Shown here one piece after another: positions 41,550-50,131 of a DNA stretch of 64,000 bases. Made by a program: the position numbers and the translations under genes. Source of the stretch: a virus; the IMG/VR virus record IMGVR_UViG_3300030419_002087, positions 32,001-96,000 of that record. The stretch is one strand, 5' to 3'. Each line of letters starts with the position of its first letter. The stretch's first letter is position 1. Under the pieces are notes generated by a model that was given only the letters and a program-made list of their open reading frames with translations, was not told where the DNA came from and searched no databases.

Positions 41550-42635
41550 ATGATAGGAAATTATTTCTACCATCAGATATTGAGACGTACCGTAATTGGA
41601 TTCGGTACTCTTTTCAATAATATTGAGATCCGTCATAATGACGATGATGGTAAATCTCAAAGTAGAATGAAGGTGCCATTGGCTTATGGGCCAATGCAGA
41701 AATTCCTTGCGAAGGTTGATACACAGAGAGATTTGGCTGGTAGAGCTGCAATTACTTTACCTCGTCTTTCTTTTGAGATGATTTCTATAACATATGATTC
41801 AACACGTAAGGCATCAATAACTCAAACATTTAGAACTAATACTGGCGCAAAAGTAGATCAGACTAAAAAAGTCTTCATGCCAGTTCCATATAATATCGGA
41901 TTCCAACTTAGTGTTGCAACTAAATTAAATGATGATATGTTGCAAATTATGGAACAAATTCTTCCATATTTTCAACCTGCACTTAATGTCACAATAAATT
42001 TAGTTGATAGTATTGGTGAGAAGAGAGATGTTCCTATAGTATTAGAATCTATCAATATGTCCGATGATTATGAAGGTAGTTTTGATAATCGTCGTGCAAT
42101 GATATCAACTCTCAATTTTTCAGCTAAGACATATTTGTTTGGTGCAATTGCTGATTCTCCAGAGGGTCTTATCAAGAAAGTTCAAGTTGATTACTTCCTT
42201 GACACTAATACAGAAAGAGCAAGAAGAGAAGTTCGTTATCGTGTTACTCCTAGAGCTGTTAAGGATTATGACAATGATGACACCACTACATTAAGAGGTG
42301 CAATTACAGCAGAAGAGACACTTCTTAAACTTAAGAGTGTTGCTGGCCTCAATGTTGATGACTACATTCGTGTTGGTGATGAAAATATGCAGATCAGAGA
42401 AATTGATACAATTGAGAAGAACTTAGTTGTATTCCGTGGTGTTGATAACACTCCTGTTTCTGCACATATAACCAATACATCGGTTGATATTATTTCTGGT
42501 ACTAGAACTCCAGATCTACCTCTAACTGGTGATGATGCTCTTATACTTGATGGTGATGACTTTGGATTTAATGAACTTACTTCCGAATATTCAGACTATA
42601 AGACTTACTCACCATCATTAGGTGAAGATGTATAA
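41550..42635 (+). CDS. gp15: tail sheath stabiliser/completion protein gp15
   Basis: YFYHQILRRTVIGFGTLFNNI, VPLAYGP..KFL, LPRLSFE, PVPYN. Confidence 0.93.
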   Translation: MIGNYFYHQILRRTVIGFGTLFNNIEIRHNDDDGKSQSRMKVPLAYGPMQKFLAKVDTQRDLAGRAAITLPRLSFEMISITYDSTRKASITQTFRTNTGAKVDQTKKVFMPVPYNIGFQLSVATKLNDDMLQIMEQILPYFQPALNVTINLVDSIGEKRDVPIVLESINMSDDYEGSFDNRRAMISTLNFSAKTYLFGAIADSPEGLIKKVQVDYFLDTNTERARREVRYRVTPRAVKDYDNDDTTTLRGAITAEETLLKLKSVAGLNVDDYIRVGDENMQIREIDTIEKNLVVFRGVDNTPVSAHITNTSVDIISGTRTPDLPLTGDDALILDGDDFGFNELTSEYSDYKTYSPSLGEDV

Positions 42636-42650
42636 TTTGGAGATGTTATT

Positions 42651-43052
42651 ATGTCATTTAACGAAATTAACAAAGCACTTGATATCGATAGTGATGATAT
42701 AGTTTCTGTTGACAAAACGGAAGTAGAAGTAGGGATAACTAAACCAGATATAGATAGAGATTATGAATATACTCGTGGTCAACTCTATTCTTTAATAGAG
42801 AAGGGTCAGGAGGCGATTGATGGTATTATGGAAATATCACAAGAAACTGGATCTGCCAGGGCTTATGAAGTTACTGGACAGATAATTAAGAGTGTGGCTG
42901 ATGCCACAGATAAATTATTAGACCTACAGAAAAAACTTAGAGATATTGAGGATCCTAAAGAAAAAGGCCCCTCAACTGTTAATAACGCTTTATTCGTGGG
43001 GTCAACTGCTGAGTTGCAAAAATTACTCAAAAAAGGTAAACTAGATGACTGA
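42651..43052 (+). CDS. gp16: terminase small subunit gp16
   Basis: DYEYTRGQLYSLIEKGQEA...RAYEV...NNALFVGSTAEL. Confidence 0.92.
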   Translation: MSFNEINKALDIDSDDIVSVDKTEVEVGITKPDIDRDYEYTRGQLYSLIEKGQEAIDGIMEISQETGSARAYEVTGQIIKSVADATDKLLDLQKKLRDIEDPKEKGPSTVNNALFVGSTAELQKLLKKGKLDD

Positions 43053-43485
43053 AGAGGTAAAAAAGAAAGAGGACAAGAAGAAAAATCTCTTTGCTAAGGC
43101 AAAGGATGCAATTCTTCCTGATCAAGATGAGCAAGCTGCTATCATTAGTACATTTGTTCGACTCGGCGTTTTGGTTTGGAGTGGCGGAATTTTAACTTTA
43201 AATTACGTGGCCATACCTGGCGTACCTCAACAAAAAATAGATCCGACATTCATAGCTTCAGTTTTTACTGGCGTTCTGGCTAGCTTTGGCATTCAGACTG
43301 CATCTAAGAAAGGTGACGGTACTATGAAAATGGATGCTGCAAAGGCTGCAGCTGCTGCTGTTAATGGTGGTTCTGGAGGAACAGTTCAAACAATTAGAAT
43401 TGAACAGATGCCTTTAAAAATTATTGCAGCTGATATTCCTCCTACATTAGATCCTAAGAAGGATCCTCCTAAACCTATCGTATAA
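43045..43485 (+). CDS. membrane protein with two hydrophobic segments
   Basis: VRLGVLVWSGGILTLNY and DPTFIASVFTGVLASFG. Confidence 0.75.
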   Translation: MTEEVKKKEDKKKNLFAKAKDAILPDQDEQAAIISTFVRLGVLVWSGGILTLNYVAIPGVPQQKIDPTFIASVFTGVLASFGIQTASKKGDGTMKMDAAKAAAAAVNGGSGGTVQTIRIEQMPLKIIAADIPPTLDPKKDPPKPIV

Positions 43486-43489
43486 AATT

Positions 43490-43735
43490 ATGCAAAAAAT
43501 TGTAAATGTACTTGCTGTTGCGTCTTTCGCTGTATCTGGTGCCGTTGTCGCTAGTGGGCTATACGTATTTGTCAATCGTGCATCCATCATTGATGGAATT
43601 AAATCTCAAGCTTTGGAGGCAGTTGCAGGTTCTTTGGGAAGCCTTGTAGACGATTCAATGCCTGAGTTGCCATCCACAACTGGTGGGGTTGCTCCATTGC
43701 CTTCTCCTGCTGCTCCGACGACTCCAAGTTTATGA
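43490..43735 (+). CDS. small membrane-anchored protein
   Basis: N-terminal hydrophobic helix, Pro-rich tail. Confidence 0.7.
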   Translation: MQKIVNVLAVASFAVSGAVVASGLYVFVNRASIIDGIKSQALEAVAGSLGSLVDDSMPELPSTTGGVAPLPSPAAPTTPSL

Positions 43736-43896
43736 GTGTAATTATCTATCAAGAACACATAAAGGAACTTGAAAGAGAATTAATTCAAGCGAAAGAAGAG
43801 ATTGTTTTTTTAAAAGAACAATTGGAAGTAAAGACTTATGGTTTACCTGAGATAACTATGTTATCCCAAGTTTACCGTAAGGAAACTTCTGGTTGA
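43732..43896 (+). CDS. small coiled-coil protein (54 aa)
   Basis: ATGA coupling; MSVIIYQEHIKELERELIQAKEEIVFLKEQLE. Confidence 0.6.
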   Translation: MSVIIYQEHIKELERELIQAKEEIVFLKEQLEVKTYGLPEITMLSQVYRKETSG

Positions 43897-43922
43897 TAAA
43901 TAGAATCGCTTCATTTTGAAAT

Positions 43923-44726
43923 GTGGAAATACCTAATATTAATGATATTAATGTTAGATCGACTAATATTAATGTAAGATCCATTAATGTATCGGAGATA
44001 CGTAATCCGAATATTAGACAGTTATGGCTTAGGCCTATTTTCGACGTATATACTCCGAGAGTCTTTGTTCCTATTGCACCAATCACTGCTACTCTACGCA
44101 GACCTGTAGTAGATTATCCAGGCTGCGTAGAACATGCTGTAGCAATAGAAGATGATAAAAAGTTAATAAAGTGTGATGGTGAAGTTCCGCATTATAATGC
44201 GATGGACTATACACCAGAAAATTTAATTGTTACAAGAGAGGTTCCACCACCATCAGTTGATCCTCCAACACCTCCAGAAACCCCAGAAGTAGAACCACCT
44301 AATATTCCTAAGACAGATGCCGAGGTTCCATGTCCTGGCCCCAATCAACCAAGAATAGGAGATGTAGCTCAAAATCAAAAAGAAAAGGTGTCTGGATACG
44401 AGTTACAACCCGATCCAAACAACCAAGGAAAACAAATTTGTGTGATATTATATGAAGATATAGGAATAGTAGAACAATTTTTGCCTTCTAGTCAAGTAGT
44501 TTCAACTACGGCTGTTATTGCGACGGTTGCAACAACTTCGGCACTTCTTGCAAAACCTCTTGCCGATTTACTTCTAAAGGTGGTAAAACCTGCTGTGAAG
44601 AAGTTGATGACGAAGTTGAAGAGTCTTGCTGGGAAAACAGGTTCGATTGAATCGAAAGGGGAGCGCCTAGTGGCCCAGCGTGAGAGGAATCGGACGATTC
44701 TTGCCCTGAGAAGGTCTCTGAAGTAA
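43923..44726 (+). CDS. Pro-rich hypothetical protein with a C-terminal hydrophobic segment
   Basis: 267-aa ORF after late-like GATAAATA (43895). Confidence 0.75.
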   Translation: MEIPNINDINVRSTNINVRSINVSEIRNPNIRQLWLRPIFDVYTPRVFVPIAPITATLRRPVVDYPGCVEHAVAIEDDKKLIKCDGEVPHYNAMDYTPENLIVTREVPPPSVDPPTPPETPEVEPPNIPKTDAEVPCPGPNQPRIGDVAQNQKEKVSGYELQPDPNNQGKQICVILYEDIGIVEQFLPSSQVVSTTAVIATVATTSALLAKPLADLLLKVVKPAVKKLMTKLKSLAGKTGSIESKGERLVAQRERNRTILALRRSLK

Positions 44727-45392
44727 TCCTTTTATCCTTATACGTTAATGAATGTACATGAGGTTGTATAGCATTTTTGCCCATAACTACCACATCAGAA
44801 CATACAACAGCATAAGGCGATTGTGGATGGAACATAATGCCAGCTTTAATAAGTTCACCACAGTTCTTAAGTCTTGCGATCTCAAAATCTAATCTTTTAT
44901 TGGCAAGTAATTGAGCACGATATTCATTATGTGTTTTTGCTGCTTCTGTACATAATTTTTGTTGTTTTTTATTCAGTGGTATACTGAGTGTAGCTGAAAA
45001 TCCAGCATTAAAATTATGGTTATCTTTTTGACCAGTTCTTGTAGGTACGTAATATAAAATGTCGCCAGGGTTATCCAACACGCCATCATTGTTGGCGTCT
45101 GTCATGTCATATACGGGATCTTGATAGTAATATTCTCTTGGAATTTGATGGCTTTGGCTTTGAGTCACATATGGTGTGAAGTTAAATGTGGCTCCTTGAC
45201 AACTAATACCATCACCGTATTGATTGGTTATGTAAGGCCCTTGTAAGACCTGTATGGCTTGATTGGTGACGGAGCCTGTACTGTTCGCTATCGGCGATGC
45301 TGTCGCTGATACTCCTCCAACTGTCTCTGATCGAACAGATACAGGGGTCACGCAAGCACTTAAGGCAAGGCCTAAAGTGGCTAGTCGCTGAA
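44515..45392 (-). CDS. putative secreted/envelope protein; start uncertain
   Basis: signal-like (I)QRLATLGLALSACVTPVSVRS then ETVGGVSATA...; the frame is open to ATG 45675, but that part overlaps the upstream gene. Confidence 0.7.
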
Positions 45393-45833
45393 TACACTGG
45401 TTGTGTCGGTTACGCTTGTTATTTCTGTAGTTCTCTGAATTACTGTCTGGTTGGTAACGCCTGGCCCCATATAGCTTTCCGTAAATTGGAAACTGCCTGC
45501 GCCAGGAGTTATTGTGAAGTTCCCTCTGGTTCCCAGATCTAAACCAGAGTTTGTTGTAGTAACTGATCCACTTACTCCTCCCAATGGATCGAGGGTTACT
45601 GTGTTTATATTTGCTGAAGGGCTTAAGGTTGTTCCATCGTGCGAAACCCCTGTGCCTGTTACCGTATAGCTCCATCCTGTTGAATAATCTATTGAATTTA
45701 TCGTTTCAGTCACCGTGGAGCTAGTCTCCGTGTGGCTAGTCATGCTGCCCTGAGTAAAGTTTGGCACCACAGGAACCGCACTAACAGGCGTCGCCATACT
45801 CAACAACGCAAATGTTGTTAGTAGACGTTTCAT
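45381..45833 (-). CDS. putative secreted Thr-rich protein
   Basis: signal peptide MKRLLTTFALLSMATPVSA. Confidence 0.75.
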   Translation of the reverse strand: MKRLLTTFALLSMATPVSAVPVVPNFTQGSMTSHTETSSTVTETINSIDYSTGWSYTVTGTGVSHDGTTLSPSANINTVTLDPLGGVSGSVTTTNSGLDLGTRGNFTITPGAGSFQFTESYMGPGVTNQTVIQRTTEITSVTDTTSVFSD

Positions 45834-45837
45834 GGAC

Positions 45838-46347
45838 TTACTTAACTGTTACTTCACTAACGAACTGGCCTACGGCTGAAGTGCCGGCGCCTCCTGCTGT
45901 TAGTGTCATGGCTCCCGCTGAAGTGATTGTGCCGGCTAAATTGCCCGCTACACCGCCAGAACTTGTGGTAACGTTACCAAAAGCCGGTAATGCAGATACG
46001 ACACCAGAAGAAACAGATGTTCCATCAGTATCGACACTATCACCCATAATAAAACCCTCACTAAATGAGTAGGCTGAGCCAGCAGTGGTAATTGTGTATG
46101 TCGCATCAGTCATGGTAGCAGGTGCAGTTAAAGCATTGTCCCCGCTTGCCGCTGTCAATCCACCGAAGGTTGATGCTGTGATATTAGATCCAGAACTTGT
46201 GTAAGTCGAGCCAATTCGCTCAGCAACTGAGCCAGCTCCATCCACCGTAATTTGAGTTGAGCTAGTTAACCGATGTATTAAATCGGCCTTAGCACTCATA
46301 GGTGCAACCAATGAGAGTAATAATACTATAGGTAAATATCTTTTCAT
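45838..46347 (-). CDS. putative secreted Ser/Thr/Gly-rich protein
   Basis: signal peptide MKRYLPIVLLLSLVAPMSAKA; ACTAAATA late-like promoter on the minus strand at 46370-46377. Confidence 0.75.
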   Translation of the reverse strand: MKRYLPIVLLLSLVAPMSAKADLIHRLTSSTQITVDGAGSVAERIGSTYTSSGSNITASTFGGLTAASGDNALTAPATMTDATYTITTAGSAYSFSEGFIMGDSVDTDGTSVSSGVVSALPAFGNVTTSSGGVAGNLAGTITSAGAMTLTAGGAGTSAVGQFVSEVTVK

Positions 46348-46405
46348 AAAGATAATGAGTTACCAATTTTATTTAGTAAAAAGTTTTGTAAAGATTATCC
46401 TACGA

Positions 46406-46413
46406 TATAAATA
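46406..46413 (+). promoter_or_regulatory. T4-type late promoter
   Basis: TATAAATA, divergent from the minus-strand ACTAAATA. Confidence 0.7.
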
Positions 46414-46443
46414 ACCAAGTGAGCTGTATCTTGTTTTACGGAA

Positions 46444-46710
46444 ATGCTTAATGAAAAAGTAGAAAGATATATGGAAATTGGCCACACTATAGTGGTTAAT
46501 CTTTTATGGAGAGGTCAATTATATAATCTTCAAATGTTTTTTCCTGGCGCTGGTTTTCCGTCCAGACAACAAGTACAGAGACAGGTTCAAGGAATTTATC
46601 CTGGCGCTGTAGTGCAAACCGTATTTCCAGCAACTACAGATCCTACTAAACCAACAATTCGTGTAGCTGAAGAATCCACTTATAAAACTTTTAAAGAATT
46701 TAAACAATGA
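46444..46710 (+). CDS. hypothetical protein
   Basis: WRGQLY.LQMFFP...IYPGAVV, ends KTFKEF. Confidence 0.7.
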   Translation: MLNEKVERYMEIGHTIVVNLLWRGQLYNLQMFFPGAGFPSRQQVQRQVQGIYPGAVVQTVFPATTDPTKPTIRVAEESTYKTFKEFKQ

Positions 46711-46991
46711 CTTTTTTGATAGCAATAATGTCCTTTGCCAATTTTGTATTTTATCCATTGGTAATAGGAACTCTTGTAGCCGTAGTAATAGAACAAATCT
46801 TTAGGGCAAGAGGTAATGAAGATAACCCAGAAGATGTAAAGAAGGTTATAGTCTCTATGGGTATTAGAAAGTATCTTTATAGACAGGCCTGGTTGTTTAA
46901 TATCATATGGTTTATTGGATATTTTATTCTTATGTTTACGATAGGAAGACAACAACCATCAGCAATGCCTGACATGATCTGGCAAGGTTAG
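46707..46991 (+). CDS. small membrane protein
   Basis: two hydrophobic segments, ATGA coupling. Confidence 0.7.
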   Translation: MTFLIAIMSFANFVFYPLVIGTLVAVVIEQIFRARGNEDNPEDVKKVIVSMGIRKYLYRQAWLFNIIWFIGYFILMFTIGRQQPSAMPDMIWQG

Positions 46992-47063
46992 TGAGTCCAC
47001 ACATTAATGCGTAAAAATACTTACGTGGTATAATAAATATTGACAGTATGGGATTGAAAGATC

Positions 47064-47279
47064 ATGCCCCTTGCTCATTATACGGTAGGTTATCACGACC
47101 TACAACAACATAAGTATGAGATCTGCGAATATGCAACAGATTCATACGAAGCAATAGAACACAGTAAAGAGGATGTGCCTTATCTACAAGCACATCCTCA
47201 TTTTATTGATTACGTTAAGAACGCAGAGGTCGATAATGTTTATCGATTAATGGCCTCAGGTATACCAATGGGACATTAA
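47064..47279 (+). CDS. hypothetical protein
   Basis: HYTVGYHD...EICEYA.D.YEA; overlapping TGGTATAAT/ATAAATA promoter at 47026-47039. Confidence 0.7.
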   Translation: MPLAHYTVGYHDLQQHKYEICEYATDSYEAIEHSKEDVPYLQAHPHFIDYVKNAEVDNVYRLMASGIPMGH

Positions 47280-47280
47280 T

Positions 47281-47382
47281 ATGACAACCTTAAGAAAGAA
47301 ACAAATAAGTCTTTGGACTTATAGATTTGTTGCGTGGACAACGATTTTTAGTACTCTTACGATGATTGCCAAAATGGCGTAA
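47281..47382 (+). CDS. possible 33-aa membrane peptide
   Basis: MTTLRKKQISLWTYRFVAWTTIFSTLTMIAKMA, starts 1 nt after the previous stop. Confidence 0.4.
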   Translation: MTTLRKKQISLWTYRFVAWTTIFSTLTMIAKMA

Positions 47383-47439
47383 AGTCAGTGTTTGTGAAGA
47401 TAGGTGCCAAGTGACCTATCGTATTGTATAATATAGAGT

Positions 47440-47769
47440 ATGACTCCAGACAGACACGACTTTCCCATCATAGGGGATTTTTATACTAAGAAGGAAGTTG
47501 ATGCTATGATTGCAGCAGCTCTTGAAGAGGCTCGTGCAATTGATGAAGCATCGATGGCAGAACATAACTTCAAGGCAACAATTATAAGCATGGTTCTAGG
47601 ATTCATATGTCTAGCACTATTCGTAGATGGATTACTTCGTATACTTGGTATCATTCCACCATTCATGGATCTTGATGTTAATATCTTGGACGATATTGCA
47701 GAGAAGACTAAAATCATCGTGGAAAATGATATGGTCAAAGCTGGTCTAAATAAAATACCAAGACTATAA
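47440..47769 (+). CDS. membrane protein
   Basis: hydrophobic ATIISMVLGFICLALFVDGLLRILGIIPPF. Confidence 0.7.
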   Translation: MTPDRHDFPIIGDFYTKKEVDAMIAAALEEARAIDEASMAEHNFKATIISMVLGFICLALFVDGLLRILGIIPPFMDLDVNILDDIAEKTKIIVENDMVKAGLNKIPRL

Positions 47770-47770
47770 C

Positions 47771-47878
47771 ATGATTGACACTTCATGGCCATCAATAAGA
47801 ATGTTTCTTATTATCGTGATGGGCGTGGTGTGGTTTTATCTGTTAAACATAGAACTTAGAAGCACAGACAAGGATTAA
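47771..47878 (+). CDS. possible 35-aa membrane peptide
   Basis: MIDTSWPSIRMFLIIVMGVVWFYLLNIELR..., TAATG-coupled to the next gene. Confidence 0.5.
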   Translation: MIDTSWPSIRMFLIIVMGVVWFYLLNIELRSTDKD

Positions 47879-48147
47879 TGTACCAGCTCCAGAACATTTT
47901 ATTTTTAGTATTACTCGTTTCTCTTTTAGGAACAACCATATGGTTTATGGCCTCAATTTGGCTTAAAGAGGAAAAGAAACCAATCCGTCGTATACATCCA
48001 GAAATGTTGGAAGTGGAAGAGGGTACTAAATTAATGGGAGTAACCTTTAAGCCTAAAGACAGTTGTAGTATATCTGAATATAAGAAACTTCAAGAAAGGA
48101 TAGATAAGATACGTACTCAGTTGGAGAATGATCCAGAATTGGCATGA
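47878..48147 (+). CDS. membrane-anchored hypothetical protein
   Basis: N-terminal TM helix, HPEM motif, coiled-coil tail. Confidence 0.7.
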   Translation: MYQLQNILFLVLLVSLLGTTIWFMASIWLKEEKKPIRRIHPEMLEVEEGTKLMGVTFKPKDSCSISEYKKLQERIDKIRTQLENDPELA

Positions 48148-49811
48148 CTGATAACATATACTTAGGTAATCCCAATTTAAAAAAAGCTAATACTCCTGTT
48201 GAGTTCACTAAGGAACAGATACAGGAGTTTATTAAATGTAAGGATGATCCTGTATATTTTGCGAAGAATCATATACAAATAGTTTCTCTTGATGAAGGTC
48301 TAGTACCTTTTGAACCTTACAAATTTCAAGAGAAATTGATCAATAGGTTTCATAAGAATAGATTTAATATATGCATGATGCCACGACAGACTGGTAAATC
48401 AACAACGTCTGTATCATATCTTTTACATTATATTGTTTTTAATGATAGTGTTAATGTTGGTATTCTGGCCAACAAGGCATCTACTGCAAGAGAATTATTG
48501 GGTAGGTTGCAACTGGCATATGAAAACTTACCTAAATGGATGCAACAGGGTATAATATCATGGAACAAAGGTTCAATGGAGTTGGAAAATGGATCTAAAG
48601 TACTGGCTGCGTCTACTTCTGCTAGTGCTGTTAGGGGTATGTCTTTCAATATCCTATTCTTGGATGAATTTGCTTTTGTTCCCAACCACATCGCTGATTC
48701 TTTCTTCGCTAGTGTTTATCCTACTATTACTTCTGGTAAATCCACCAAAGTTATAATGGTTTCAACGCCACATGGTATGAATCATTTCTACCGTATGTGG
48801 CATGATGCAGAAAGAAAACAAAATGAATATGTTCCCACATCAGTTCATTGGTCAGAAGTTCCTGGCAGAGATGAAAAGTGGAGACTTCAAACTATTGCTA
48901 ACACTTCAGAACAACAGTTTAAGGTTGAGTTTGAATGTGAGTTCTTAGGATCTGTTGATACTTTAATCAATCCAGCTAAACTTAGAGCATTAGTATATGA
49001 TAATCCCATTAAATCACATAATGGTTTAGATGTTTATGAAAATCCAATCAAGGAACATGATTATCTTTGTACTGTTGACGTAGCAAGAGGTGGTGGCCAA
49101 GATTATTCTGCATTTGTAGTTATTGATATTACGACTTATCCACATAAAGTAGTTGCTAAGTATAGAAATAATGAAATAAAACCAATGTTATTTCCATCTA
49201 TCATCTATGATACTATAAGAGGATATAACAGTGCATGGGTTTTATGTGAGGTAAATGATATTGGAGATCAGATTGCAGCTATCTTAAATTATGATATGGA
49301 ATATCCAAATCTACTTCAGTGTTCTATGAGAGGTAGAGCTGGACAGATAGTAGGTCAGGGATTCTCTGGTAAGAAAACTCAACTTGGAGTTAAGATGTCT
49401 AAGGCAGTAAAAGCTCTTGGATGTTCTAACCTTAAGACTATAATTGAGTCTGATAAAATTTTATTCAGGGATTATGATATTCTCTCAGAATTAACTACAT
49501 TTATTCATAAACGTAATTCATTTGAAGCAGAAGATGGATGTAATGATGATTTGGCCATGTGTCTTGTGATATATGCATGGTTAGTTCATCAGGAATATTT
49601 TAGAGAACTTACTGATCAGGATGTTCGTAAAAAACTATATGAAGATCAAAGGGATCAAATTGAACAGGATATGGCTCCTTTTGGTTTTATATCAACAGCA
49701 ACCGATGAGGAAATCATTGAAGAGAAAGATGGTACTGTTTGGAAGAAGACGGATATTCAAGATATCGATTCTACATATGGCGATATGAGTTATATGTGGG
49801 ATTATCAGTAA
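48144..49811 (+). CDS. gp17: terminase large subunit gp17
   Basis: YLGNPNLK, PRQTGKST Walker A, LDEFAF Walker B, STPHG, DVARG..DYS. Confidence 0.97.
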   Translation: MTDNIYLGNPNLKKANTPVEFTKEQIQEFIKCKDDPVYFAKNHIQIVSLDEGLVPFEPYKFQEKLINRFHKNRFNICMMPRQTGKSTTSVSYLLHYIVFNDSVNVGILANKASTARELLGRLQLAYENLPKWMQQGIISWNKGSMELENGSKVLAASTSASAVRGMSFNILFLDEFAFVPNHIADSFFASVYPTITSGKSTKVIMVSTPHGMNHFYRMWHDAERKQNEYVPTSVHWSEVPGRDEKWRLQTIANTSEQQFKVEFECEFLGSVDTLINPAKLRALVYDNPIKSHNGLDVYENPIKEHDYLCTVDVARGGGQDYSAFVVIDITTYPHKVVAKYRNNEIKPMLFPSIIYDTIRGYNSAWVLCEVNDIGDQIAAILNYDMEYPNLLQCSMRGRAGQIVGQGFSGKKTQLGVKMSKAVKALGCSNLKTIIESDKILFRDYDILSELTTFIHKRNSFEAEDGCNDDLAMCLVIYAWLVHQEYFRELTDQDVRKKLYEDQRDQIEQDMAPFGFISTATDEEIIEEKDGTVWKKTDIQDIDSTYGDMSYMWDYQ

Positions 49812-50044
49812 TGGATGATATTGAAAAGCAATTTGACTTAGATCATTTATTTCTTACAGAAAGAACATGTAGAGTATGTGGAGAAAGTAAAGACTTAGTA
49901 AGTGAGTTTTATCTAACTCGTAAGGGTAGAGGTGATATTCCTTCAGCATATTCTTATGAATGTAAGATATGTACAATTAAGAGAATAGTTAAGAATAGAA
50001 GAAACAAAAAACCCTTTACTGACTGGCTTTATCCCGACTGGTAG
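49811..50044 (+). CDS. small CxxC...CxxC zinc-ribbon protein
   Basis: TAATG-coupled start; CRVC...YECKIC. Confidence 0.7.
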   Translation: MDDIEKQFDLDHLFLTERTCRVCGESKDLVSEFYLTRKGRGDIPSAYSYECKICTIKRIVKNRRNKKPFTDWLYPDW

Positions 50045-50131
50045 CTGTTCATGTGCTGTTTCCCCAGCCGAAAGTGTAATTTGGGATAAATAAATTTAGA
50101 TAAAAATTGTCAATTTTTACGGGGAATTCAG

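Noticed and set aside
43933-43990. Short ATTAATG(T)-based repeats at the start of the 267-aa ORF
   Set aside because: They encode a low-complexity NINVRS peptide repeat, with no evidence of a separate element.
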